A stretch of DNA of 64,000 bases from Octopus vulgaris (lineage: Eukaryota), in NCBI GenBank assembly GCA_951406725.2, contig OX597837.1, positions 25,792,001 to 25,856,000 of the forward strand. Direction: 5' to 3'. Positions within the stretch are counted from its first letter, which is position 1. Each line of letters begins with the position of its first letter. Positions 50,327-62,208 of the stretch are shown one piece after another. A program made the position numbers and the translations under genes. A model generated the notes under the pieces. The model was not told where the DNA came from. It searched no databases and saw nothing but the letters and a program-made list of their open reading frames with translations.

Positions 50327-50859
50327 AGGCAGTGAGCTGGCAGAAACGTTAGCACGCCAGGCGAAATGCTTAGCGGTATTTCGTCTGCCGTTACGTTCTG
50401 AGTTCAAATTCCGCCAAGGTCGACTTTGCCTTTCATCCTTTCAGGGTCGATAAATTAAGTACCAGTTACGCACTAGGGTCGATGTAATCGACTTGATACC
50501 TATGTCTGTCCTTGTTTGTCCCCTCTATGTTTAGCCCTATGTGGGTAATAAAGAAATAGGAATTTCGTCTGCTGCTATGTTCTGAATTCAAATACCGCTG
50601 AGGTCGACTTTGCCTTTCATCCTTTCAGGATCGATTAAATAAGTACCAGTTACGCACTAGGGTCGATATAATTGACTTAATCCGTTTGTCTGTCCTTGTT
50701 TGTCCCATCTGTGCGTAACTGGTACTTATTTAATCGATCCCGAAAGGATAAAAAGCAAAGTCGACCTTGGCGGAATTTGAACTCAGAACGTAAAAGCAGA
50801 TGAAATACCGCTAAGCATTTCGCCCAGCGTGCTGACGATTCTGCCAGCTCGCCACCTTA
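50327..50859. mobile_element. SINE family B dimer (+) fused to an inverted family B copy (-)
   Basis: Orientation switches at ~50712. Confidence 0.85.
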
Positions 50860-52573
50860 TCTATATGCATGTATCTATATCTGACTGAAAGTTATCTGAG
50901 AAGTTTACATTTCTAATTGTACCCTTATATAACCCCCCCCTCCATTTGTTTACTTATTTACCTCTAAGAAATAGAGATAAGTAAACATTTGTAAAATGTT
51001 GATAAATAAGAAATGGTGTAATAATTCTTGACCTTATCTTTTTTCCGAAGGAAGAAGTGGAATATTTTTAAATAAAAATATGAGTATGCTGCAAAAAAAA
51101 AAAAAAAAATACAAAGAAGTAACAAAAAGAAAAAGATATTATTGCTATAGTTGATTACCTTGTAGGTGCTCACTAAATGAAGTATGTGAATGCTAATTAA
51201 ACATTAATTAAATATTGGTTCAGTAATTAAACATTGGCAGATAAGAACTGTTAAATCATCATCATACGCATAGGTTGGGCAAGTCAACACAGTAAAGAGT
51301 TAGTTCTTATCTAGAGTTTCCAGTCTCCTACAGGGGTCAGAGAGACATGTCTCACTTGTATTGGTCATGTTTGACAATTTCTTCTCCTGATATCAACCCC
51401 TTTATAAAGTGTATTAGGTGCATTAATCATGGTGTGTGTGTGTGTGTGAGTGAGAGAGAGAGAGAGAGATCTTAAGGCATTGGCATTAAGAAGGGCATCC
51501 AGCCATATATCCTCCTCCTCCTCTTCTTCTTCCTCCTCCTCCTCCTCATCATCATTTAATGTCCATCTTTCATGCCAACATGGGTTGGACAGTTTAACAG
51601 GAGCTGGCAAGCCAGAAAACTACACCAGGCCCCAGTCATCCGTTTTCGGTATTGTTTTTACTGCTGGATGTCCTTCCTACTAAGTAAAGAGTCCTTCAGC
51701 CTGGCAGTGTTTCTGCTCCTTCTCTTGTAGTGAGTGCATTTTAATATGGCACCTGCATTAATGAAGTTACATTGGGCCCTGTATGACTGAGGAGTGTACA
51801 ACTCTACATTGTTTCTGTTCAAAATTATGTGGCCAACAAAATGAGTTAAAGTGATTACAGAAGGACAAAGGTAGGTGGGTAAAGGAAGAGAGAGTGTGAT
51901 GGTAGAAGCAGAGTGACTGGAGTGAAGGAGGAGTAGAAGAGAGACAGTGATGGCAACAACCAGAGCCGGTTTCAGCCGGGTTGGTAACGAAAGGGCTAAA
52001 CAAGAGTGTCAAAGGAATGTAACAGACAAACGACAAGGGTGAAGAATTTACCAATCCCAAACCACTTCTACTATCTATCAAGTGAATCTTGTGTGGACAT
52101 ATGTTCCATGCAAAGATTGGTCTTCTCGAGTATCAAAAATATTGGATCAGTGAACGAGAATGGAAAAATAACAAAAAGAAACGAACACCTCAGAAGCAAA
52201 GATAACCGATGTCAACAACTTTAATCCAACATTAATACTGAAATAAGAGAAATTTGAAGTCAATAAATTTTTTTAACCTCATGACAATGTTAGCTATCAA
52301 AGTGATTGTACAGGAATGGCTTGGTATTATAGCTTAAAAACTGTTGTAGACATCTTCAGAAGTTTCTTTTAAAATATACGTATCTAAAATATTAATCTTA
52401 GATTTTGACAGTTCAGATTTTATTAATTGATTCTACAAGATTTGGCAAAACAATTCAGCTTAACTAACCAGGTATAAACACTGATATCACTCTCTTATCT
52501 CCCCCATGTTGATATCTTAAGGCATTGGCATTAAAAAGGGCATCCAGCCATATATCCTCCTCCTCCTCCTCCA

Positions 52574-53286
52574 CTGCGTAGTGGTTAAGAGCGTGGGCTA
52601 CTAACCCCAAGATTCCGAGTTCGATTCCAAGCAATGACCTGAACAATAATAATAATAATAATAACAAATATTCTGCTCAATACCACAGATTTGCATGTCA
52701 GTTGTTTGACCTTAACCAGTTGAGCCTGACCCTTAGTAGCTGACGATATGTGCATCTCTGATCACGAGCAGAAGTAGTGGGGGAGCATCATAGTCATGTG
52801 TTGAGAGGGATTCTTTGGGGTTTGAAATAATTCACCTCTGGAAACATGGGTGGTTCTTTCAACATCCTTAAACAACCCTTATTCAGGGACCTTTTGAGCG
52901 GGATGGGCTACTCAACCTGAAGAAAATTCTAACTGGGCCCCACCTGCAAGGTCATGTGCTGTTTATCTTGATATGAGATCACCATGTCGCGCACATATGG
53001 TTGTGATGCATGTGCCTGGTGTACCTTTATCAGACGGGTAGTCATGATGGGTATATTGGGCTTCGTATATTTTACCCCAGTGTCACTTTGATGGCATGCA
53101 CTGCTCTCTCACTCAATAATAATAATAATAATAATGATAACATTGAAGAATACCTTAGGAATGAGAACCCAGGATCGAAATTTCCCCAAGACACCTGAAG
53201 AAGGCTGGAGGGTATATCAGCCGAAACGTTGCGTTAACAACAAACTAGATGAGGACAAATATCTGTCGAATGTAAATAATGTGAAT
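52574..53286 (+). mobile_element. tRNA-headed element with hammerhead-like 3' part, interrupted by a family C copy (52666-53113)
   Basis: A-box-like TGCGTAGTGG, GGG-CTACTAA-CCC arm and B-box GAGTTCGATTCC. Then an (AAT)n linker split by family C, then the CTGAAGA...GAAAC motif. Confidence 0.6.
53191..53235 (+). ncRNA. Minimal type I hammerhead ribozyme-like motif (Penelope-type)
   Basis: ACAC-CUGAAGA-A-GGCUG(loop)CAGCC-GAAA-CGU-U-GCGU. Both core boxes are intact, stem II has 5-6 bp, stem III is the palindromic ACGU, and stem I has one mismatch. Confidence 0.55.
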
Positions 53287-54343
53287 GAAGAATATTCTAG
53301 CCATGAAGTATGAAAATTCACAACGATAAAACAAACAACCAATGAATTATCCCAGAGTAAATCAGGTGACATAATTATGGTTTAGGGTCAATCATGAAGA
53401 AAATGGGGGAACCTCAACCCCCCCACACACCAAAAAAAAAAGCAAAACAAAACAACAAAAAAACATTGTCTTGTGAGAAGAAAGAAAGAAACCAACTGCA
53501 ATAATAAATATTTTTCACTGAAGATACTAGATGGTACCAAGACTTATGTATGTCACAAGAATTTTAGAATAGCTAGAATGTATGTAAGAAAATAATACAA
53601 TCTATAGGAACCATGTTTTTAGAGGAGGTTTTTAACCCTGAAGCCAACTCTATACATATGTATGAGTATATTTTCTTTATTTGTTATTTCAAGACGTATT
53701 CTCTATAATTGTATACTCATACATTTCCTTACTACTGCTATTTACTGTCGACTTACTGGAAGAATTTATTTAGAGACAAACATTTTCTAAAGATGGATTC
53801 CTCATTTTTATAACAGACTGCCAGATTTTCCTGCTTAATCACTTTGATTGCTTCCATCTGAACAGATAGCTTGTCAAAACTGACTTAACCTTTCAAAATT
53901 TGATAGCATTCTATCATTATTGATTATGTATCTCACCTCGCAGACAATAGTTGTAGAAGATTAGAGAGGATTGTATTCTTCTCAAGAATATTGGTCTCGT
54001 ACTTATTTTATTAAAAGCAAAGTAAACTAGAAAAACATAAACAGTGAGGCCAACTCTAGTGAAATACAAATCTCTTTGCTTTGAGTTCAAATCTTACTAA
54101 GGTCAGCTTTGGTATTTTTTTGCAGTAAAGTCCCTCCTAACTGGCGCCACTAGGACCAAAGGGTTGCTGGGTAACTGATCACTTTAAATCAGTATAGTAA
54201 TTTAAAAAACTCATTTAAACTCTTTATATTCATTAATATTATCATTAATGTTCTGAATATATTAGAAATAATATAAATCCTCGAGTATAATCCTCATTCC
54301 CCCGCCCAAACTTAATGGTCAAAGTCCCTAGTACGTACTATAT

Positions 54344-54562
54344 ACTCTCTCTTTACTCTTTTACTCGTTTCAGTCATTTGACTGCAGCCATGCTGGAGCA
54401 CCACCTTTAGTCGAGCAAATCGACCCCGGGACTTATTCTTTGTAAGCCCAGTACTTATTCTATCGGTCTCTTTTGCTGAACCGCTATGTGACGGGGACGT
54501 AAACACACCAGCATCGGTTGTCAAGCAATGCTAGGGGGACAAACACAGACACACAAACACAT

Positions 54563-54619
<57 letters not shown>

Positions 54620-54795
54620 TAAATTAGAGACATATATATATACGACAGGCTTCTTTCAGTTTCCGTCTACCAAATCCACACACTTGGTTGGTCCGGGGCT
54701 ATTGCAGAAGACACTTGCCCAAGATGCTACGCAGTGGGACTGAACCCGGAACCATGTGGTTGGTTAGCGAGCTACTTACCACACAGCCACTCCTG
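54344..54795 (-). mobile_element. SINE family A
   Basis: Matches other copies. Confidence 0.86.
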
Positions 54796-55061
54796 AGGTT
54801 AAAAATGAAAAATATTTTCTAAGCAATGTCCGAGTCTCTATTTGCTGTCCAGCAATGTTTATTCAGATGCATTGAGATACTTCGCCATCTCATCTCATAT
54901 CTTCCTGGGAATATTTTTATATTTGAGGGGTGTTTTTAAAAGGACAAAGTGACAAGCCATAATGCCAACGAGGAATTTAAACATCAAGTCACTGTTTCAC
55001 TCAGTTTGTAGTGACAAGTTGACCATGATGAAATTTGAACACACAATTTAAAGATGGACGA

Positions 55062-55122
<61 letters not shown>

Positions 55123-55683
55123 TTAATAATAATAATAATGAAGATGATGATAAAAATAATGTTATAAAAATTAATAGGGAATGATTAAAGTAAAAGAATT
55201 AAAAAAATATATATATAGAAATTTTACAAAAATCAAAACAAACAACACTCTAATGTCATGAATGAGAAGAATTTCAAATGATTATCAGACTCTCTTGTGG
55301 AAGCATAGAACATGTGCAATGCCAACAATACACACCCATGTTTCTGTCTACAAAATTCTCTTCCAAGGCACTGGTTGGCCTGGGGTCATAGTTGAAAACA
55401 CTTGCCCAATGACTGAACCTGAAACCGCAGGGTTGTGAAATGAACTTCCTAATTGTACAAGCCATGACTGTATCATTATTTGTTATTAATTATCATTATT
55501 GATTATTAATTAGCATTTGCGCTGGTGATTTTGATATAACTAGTAAAATTAATTTTTGGAAAAATTTGTAAAATGGAGATAAGAATTGTGTAACTTTATC
55601 TCTTTCCTGAAGAGATAAATATGAAATTTCAAATAGAGATATGAAATGGTTGCAAAAATAATAATGGAAAAATAGAAAAAAAA

Positions 55684-56663
55684 CTGTTGTGTCTGGGGAG
55701 AGTAATTTTCTTTTTGTGCCTTATAATTTAACACACTCACACTTATAATTTAACCCTTTTGGCTCTGTAGTACAAATGTCTTATTTTCAAAAATTCTGCA
55801 TTAAAATCTTCCACCAAACCTTAGTCACAATTTATGTTCCTAACACTAGCTTAATGATAACAAAGTTATTTTATTAAATTCTTTGTTATATTTAAAATTA
55901 ATTGAAAGAAACACATAGCATCTCAAAATAAATTTGGTAACGAAAGGGTTAACACACTCACTTTTTGTGCCTTATAATTTAACACACAAATTTTCGTTGT
56001 GTCTTGCAACCTTTTCAAAAGTCTTGACTATTGAAAATGTTGGAAGACACGACGAAAATTTTAGGAAAATAAAAATAAGAAATAAGTGGGAATTTTACCA
56101 GTGAGTGTGTTAAATTATAAGGCACAAAAAGAAAATGACTCTCCCCAGACACAACAGAATATGCTTCAACACACAAACTCAAACCAAATCCAAATCCAAA
56201 AACGAAATAGAAAAAATCTCCCAAAACCTTAAGAAAGGTATAGCTATGTTGTTAAGAAGCTCACCATGCAACCACTGGGCCAGTCTTACTGTGTGATACC
56301 TTGGACAAGGGTCTTCCACTATAGCCCCAGACTGACCAATGCCTTGTGAGTGAATTTGGTAGACAGAGACTGTGTGGAAGCTCATTGTGTGTGAGTGAGC
56401 GTGAGGGTGTATGTGTACATATATATATATACTTTGCTTTTGGAATTTGCAAGATTCTTTATATGAGTTTGTGTGTGGAAGCATAATCTGTTGTGTCTGG
56501 GGAGAGTCATTCTCTTTTTGTGCCTTATAATTTAACACACTCACCAGTAAAATTTCCACTTATTCCTTATTTATATTTTAATAAGGAATAAATGGAAATT
56601 TTGCTGGTGAATGTGTTAAATTATAAGGCACAAAAAGAAAATGACTCTCCCCAGACACAACAG
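55684..56663. mobile_element. Cluster of fold-back repeats, same family as 16688-16957
   Basis: Hairpins at ~55988-56061 and 56488-56663 (84 bp arms, 4 mismatches, 8 nt loop). Interrupted by a MITE and a family A fragment. Confidence 0.82.
55754..55948. mobile_element. piggyBac-type MITE, second family
   Basis: TTAA|CCCTTT...AAAGGG|TTAA. Removal restores the host repeat TTATAATTTAACACACTCAC. Confidence 0.85.
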
Positions 56664-56695
<32 letters not shown>

Positions 56696-56818
56696 AATAG
56701 GACATGATCGTTATTTAAAATACTGATCTTATCAGGTGGCCAGCATGGGAATAAAAACCTCAGAGATAATAATCATTATTAAAATTATAATTAAGGGTAT
56801 CTCTTAGATGCCCTTCAT

Positions 56819-56862
<44 letters not shown>

Positions 56863-57192
56863 TTGTTTTTGTCTCATTTTGTCTAAAAGTCGTAAGACAC
56901 CCGCTGTTATCCTGTTTTTAACTGTTACTGTTTTCAATATTGTTTTCGTTTCTGGTATTTATATTCGTCTCTGTTGCGTTTACATTCTTTCCTTCTACCA
57001 AGAAATCTAATGCCCACAGCTTAGTTTTTTCCTTGGGGCTGGCCGAGTTGGAGCAAATCTCAGAATTAAATAGCCGAAATTTGCCATGATGATTCGGTTT
57101 CTGACTGAAGATTGAAGGCTTCGAATGACTTGTCTGTTTTCCGTGTTCGTCCCTTCGTGTATTTCACGTTCTTTATATATACATTTTTATTG

Positions 57193-57238
<46 letters not shown>

Positions 57239-57497
57239 GTGTATGTGTATGTATGTGTGTGCATGAATGCATATATATACATGATGAGCTTCTTTCAGTT
57301 TCCATCTACCAAATCTATTCATAAGAAATTAATCTGTCCAAAGTTCTAGTAGAAGACACTGGCCCAAGGTGCCATACAGTTGATCTGAACTCAGAACCAT
57401 GTGCATGGAAAGCAAACTTTTTACCACACAGCCACACCTGCACTAATGTATGTGTATGGTGTGTGTGTGTGTGGGGTCTCTCTCTCTCTGTATTTTA

Positions 57498-57528
<31 letters not shown>

Positions 57529-57603
57529 ATCTATGAGGACATAAACACACCAGCACGTGTCAAGCAATGCTAGGGGACAAACACAACACACAAACACACA
57601 CAC

Positions 57604-57674
<71 letters not shown>

Positions 57675-60600
57675 ATGAGAGAGAGAAAGTTTGATTTACA
57701 ATATCTCAGTTCTTACAAAAATTGACATTTTTGTCATGTCAAATTATTTATTTTCTAATTCCATTTTCAAAAAGATTGTCGTGGTAATCTTCAGCACAAC
57801 ATTTTAATGATATTAGTCTGCCAAATAACAACCTAAACATTCTCTGACCCTTTTATTTTTTGTCAGGTCCCTCTACAAAGGTCAACTATTCCTTTGTTAG
57901 TGCCCCTCCCCCCAACTCCTCACCACATTGCTGCAAACAAGGTCAGTTAAGAGCAAATATTTGGCAGCAGTTATTTTTCTTTTTTTTTTTTTTTCTTAAA
58001 AAAAAAATGGTCTTAAAACAAATGAAAAGAATGAAAATAAGATGTCATTTTAAGAAATGAGGTTATCTTGGCAAAACGTTGCTGAAACTAATTTGAGATT
58101 TTAAAGAAATATTTGGAGATTCTCCAGAATTTATAAAATGGTAAAGTTTCTGGAAATTAATTTGAAAATTGGTGAACTGTGTACAATAATTGGTTGGCAT
58201 TATACAAAAGTAAAATATTTCTAAAATTTTAGTCGCTGGCAGTTAATGACTGAGTTTTTATGCCAAGATAAGGGATTTTAAAAAGGGGTTTTCGGAGTTA
58301 ACTGAGATATTTTTCTCTAAATGGTTCCAACTACTAGGTTGTGGCCATGCTAAGGCAATATAATCTAATCATTCTTTTCTCCTTTTAACTTTCATGATAA
58401 ATAAATTAAGTACCAGTGAAAAACTGGGTTGATGTAACCCAGTTTGGTCGGCCCGAGGCTATAGTAGAAGACACTTGCCCAAGGTGCCATGCAATGGGAC
58501 TGAACCCGGAACCATGTGGTTCATAAACAAGCTACTTACCACACAGCCACTCCTACGCCTATAATTAAAAGAAGGCTTTCCTATCCGCATGGGACTCAGA
58601 ACCACAATTCCTTTATTAACGCGACTAAGTGTCTTACATTTACACCAGCGATAAAGGAATGAAATGGAATCAAGTATTTCCGTTTGATGAACAGATTCAG
58701 CCTGTTGCCTTAGTAAAGGGCACTTGTCCAAAGTGCTGCACACTGAAACCATGTGAATGTGGGGTGAACCTCTTCCTCCAAAGGCTGCTTTTGGGTATAA
58801 AGTTAAAAATTTACGAGGAAATGAGAGTGTGAGGGGTTCATCAGTGGTGTCAGAGAACTGGTTTCAACCAGCTGTCCATACAAAGTTGACATTACACTCA
58901 ATGATATTTGACTTGAGAATAGAAACTGTAGATTTTGTTTGTTAGAACACCAAATGAAATTATACAGAGAAAGATATTGTTAAACATATTCAATGCAATC
59001 TAATTAGAAATACTGTGATGAGGAAGTAAAAAACAGCATCTCGCTAACTAATCTTATCATTTCAGAAACATTACAGAAGGGGAGACAACTACGGCTATTT
59101 CACTGTCACTTAGACATCATCAGCAAAGCATACACTTCACACCATAAAGTGATTATGATGATGATGAGGAAGATATATATAAATACTGCAAGACTCTACT
59201 ATTTCTCTTTTTGTAGTTGGTTTGCAAGTTTCTTGATGTGAGCTTGTGTATTGAAATAGATTTTGTTTTATCCTGGGAGGGTCATTATGCCAATAACACA
59301 AATACACACACACACACCGGTTGTGTTTCCCTTCTTTATTTTCTTATTTGTGAAGCAGACATGGAGTAGAAAGGGCATGCCATTGAAGGGGAGCAAATGG
59401 CAATGAAAGAACTTTGACAAACTGATTGATTGACTGACTGAACAATTAATTAAACAATTAGTTAATTGGTTAACAAATTGACCAATGATAATAATAATAA
59501 TAATAATCCTTTTTACTATACTAGAAATTTTGGGGGAGGATGCTAATTGATTACATCAACCCCAGTGTGTCACTGGTACTTAATTTATCTATCATGAAAG
59601 GCAAAGTTAACCTCGGTGGACTTAGAACCCAGAAAGTAAAAATGGACAGAATGTCGCAAAGCATTTTGCCTGGCATGCTAATGATTCTGCCAGCTCACTA
59701 CCTTAATAATAATGATAATAATGGAAGAAGTGAAACAGAACCAGTGTGTGTATTTATTATTGGCATAATTACCCTCCCAAGAGACAACAAAATCTATGAT
59801 TTCTGTCAGTCCAGTGTCTTTAGAATATAATATATTAAAAATATTTTCTCTCAGTTGTTGAAACAAGTATTTCAAAAGAACAAAAAACAACAACATTAGC
59901 TTCTGTGTGTTTTAGACTGGCGCCATGGTTGCAGTCAGCACCATTCTTCCTAAATATGGCCACACACATTGCTGAGGGGTTTTAAGGTGAGCAGAGCCTT
60001 AATTAGCATTTAACGGATAAGAGACAGTCATTACATTCTAAAAAAATCTTTCATGCTTCAGAATGAAAGAAACGGAAGGAAGAGAATCTAACGACAAAAA
60101 GAATTCTTAGACCACAGGAAATGACCAAAAGAAGGAAAAAATAAAAACAAAAACCAATGATTTTATTTGACTAATGACAAAGCGTTTCAGGGAGTCTTGG
60201 AATTCAGAGGGAAAGAGAGAGAGAGAGATACAAAGAGAGAGAGAGAGAGGTTCTTTGAGTATTTTGGTACACACATGGTATCTCTTTCCGTTATGCAAAT
60301 TCTTTATTTTATTTCTATAGCAACTAGACTAATATAACACACACACACACACACACACACCATATAGTTGTCTTGTGCTCAAAAATGCAATACACGTACA
60401 CCATATAGATTTTCTTCTGTACAAAATTTGAGTATATAATATGTACAAGAAATACAAACCAGCAAATCACAAACGTCTTATTTCTTCTTAGTAAAGGCTA
60501 AAGTAGAAGACACTTGCCCAAGGTGCCATGCAGTGGGACTGAATCCAGAACCATGTGGTTTGAAGCAAGCTTTTTATCACACAGCCAATGCCTGTGCCTA

Positions 60601-60740
60601 TATATATATATATATATATATATATGTAGGTCCCGGGTTGAGTCGGGGTTAACCACAGTAAATAAGGTACTCAATACATAGCAGAGTAAATTAATTTATT
60701 TTATAGAAGCTCCTTCTATAAAATATATATATATATATAT

Positions 60741-61195
60741 CATCCTCATCATCGTTTAACGTCCACTTTCCATGCTAGCATGGGCCGGACAGTTTGACTG
60801 AGGGCTGGCGAACCAGATGGCTGCACCAGGCTCCAGTGTTGATCTGGCAGAGTTTCTACAGCTGGATGCCCTTCCTAATGTCAACCACTCTGAGAGTGTA
60901 GTGGGTGCTTTTACATGCCACCGGCATGGGCGCCAGTTAGGCAGTACTGGCAATGACCTTGCTCGAATCTTTTTACACATGCCAACGGCGCAGGTGCCAG
61001 TAAGGCGATGCAGGTAACGATCCCGCTCGAATGGTGTCTCCTACATGCCACCAGCACGGAAGCCAGTTAGCAGCTCTGGCAACGATCACGCTCGGATGGT
61101 GCTCTTAGCACCCTACTAGCACGGGGCACAAGTGCCAGTAAGGCGAAGCTGGTAATGATCACACTTGAATGGTGCCTTTTATGTGCCACTGGCAC
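60741..61195 (-). mobile_element. Family D element
   Basis: Reverse complement of the family D core and repeats. Confidence 0.82.
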
Positions 61196-61434
61196 ACACA
61201 CACATATATATATATATATTCCATTTGGCACTCTCATGAACTTGTTCACCCACTAACCCTATCCAATCCTCTGTACCACTTTATTTACATAATACACTTC
61301 TCTCTAATTTAAAGGTATGCCTTGTCTCAACACATCTTTGTCCTCTGTCTTCTCTCCTCTCTCTTTCCAAATGAGGTAGCCATGTATTCCGTTTACAGCA
61401 AAACATCTGTTTCTGTCCCTCTATTCATACTCTA

Positions 61435-61818
61435 ACCTTAGTGGCTGACAATATGTGCATCTCTGATTACGAGCAGAAGTAGTGGGGGAGCATCATAGCC
61501 ATGTGTTGAGAGGGATTCTTTGGGGTTTGAATAATTCACCTCTGGAAACATGGGTGTTTTGTTCAACATCCTTAAACAACCCTTATTTAGGGACCTTTTG
61601 AGCAGGATGGGTTACTCGACCAGAAGAAAATTCTAACTGAGCCCCACCTGCAAGGTTATGTACTGTTTATCTTGCTATGAGATCACCATGTTGTGCACAT
61701 ATGGTTGTGATGCATGTGCCTAGTGTACCCTTATCAGACGGGTAGTCATGATGGGTATACAGGGCTTCGTATATTTTACCCCAGTGTCACTTTGGTGGCA
61801 TGCACTGCTCTCTCACAC
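61435..61818 (+). mobile_element. Family C element, 5'-truncated
   Basis: Matches other copies and is followed by (AAT)n. Confidence 0.85.
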
Positions 61819-61910
61819 AATAATAATAATAATAATAATGATGATAATAATAATAATAATAATAATCATAATAATAATGATGATGATGATGATGATAATA
61901 ATAATAATGA

Positions 61911-61953
<43 letters not shown>

Positions 61954-62208
61954 CCTGGCTTACCATCCCTGCAAGAAGTGCAAAAGATTGTCTTAACTGG
62001 TACATCACACGTATTGAGAAGAGCATTGTCGATGTGAGAACTGTTGCTGCTCATGTATTTTAATTTAACTAAAAAAAAAAAAAAAAATGAACGAACTATT
62101 GAGTTTGGTTTAATGGCCTACCAATGTATACTATGAGTTTCTTTGCCCTAGGAGTCAGGAAGACACTCGGCAAGAAATGGAAGCAAATTTGAAAGAAGAA
62201 AAAAAAAG
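61954..62208 (+). mobile_element. R4/Dong-like non-LTR retrotransposon 3' end in (AAT)n
   Basis: PGLPSLQEVQKIVLTGTSHVLRRALSM* resembles the R4-clade C-terminal QK..LLGT..ILR motif. Short 3' UTR, with (AAT)n on both sides. Confidence 0.72.

Noticed and set aside
52052-52237. 186-nt AG/GT-bounded minus-strand segment
   Set aside because: Stops in all three frames and no GOPC similarity. It cannot be distinguished from a pseudo-exon without RNA data.
59916-59986. Plus-strand segment with a strong donor AAG|GTGAGC and GCCATGG
   Set aside because: Stops in all frames, and no other exon of a plus-strand gene was found.
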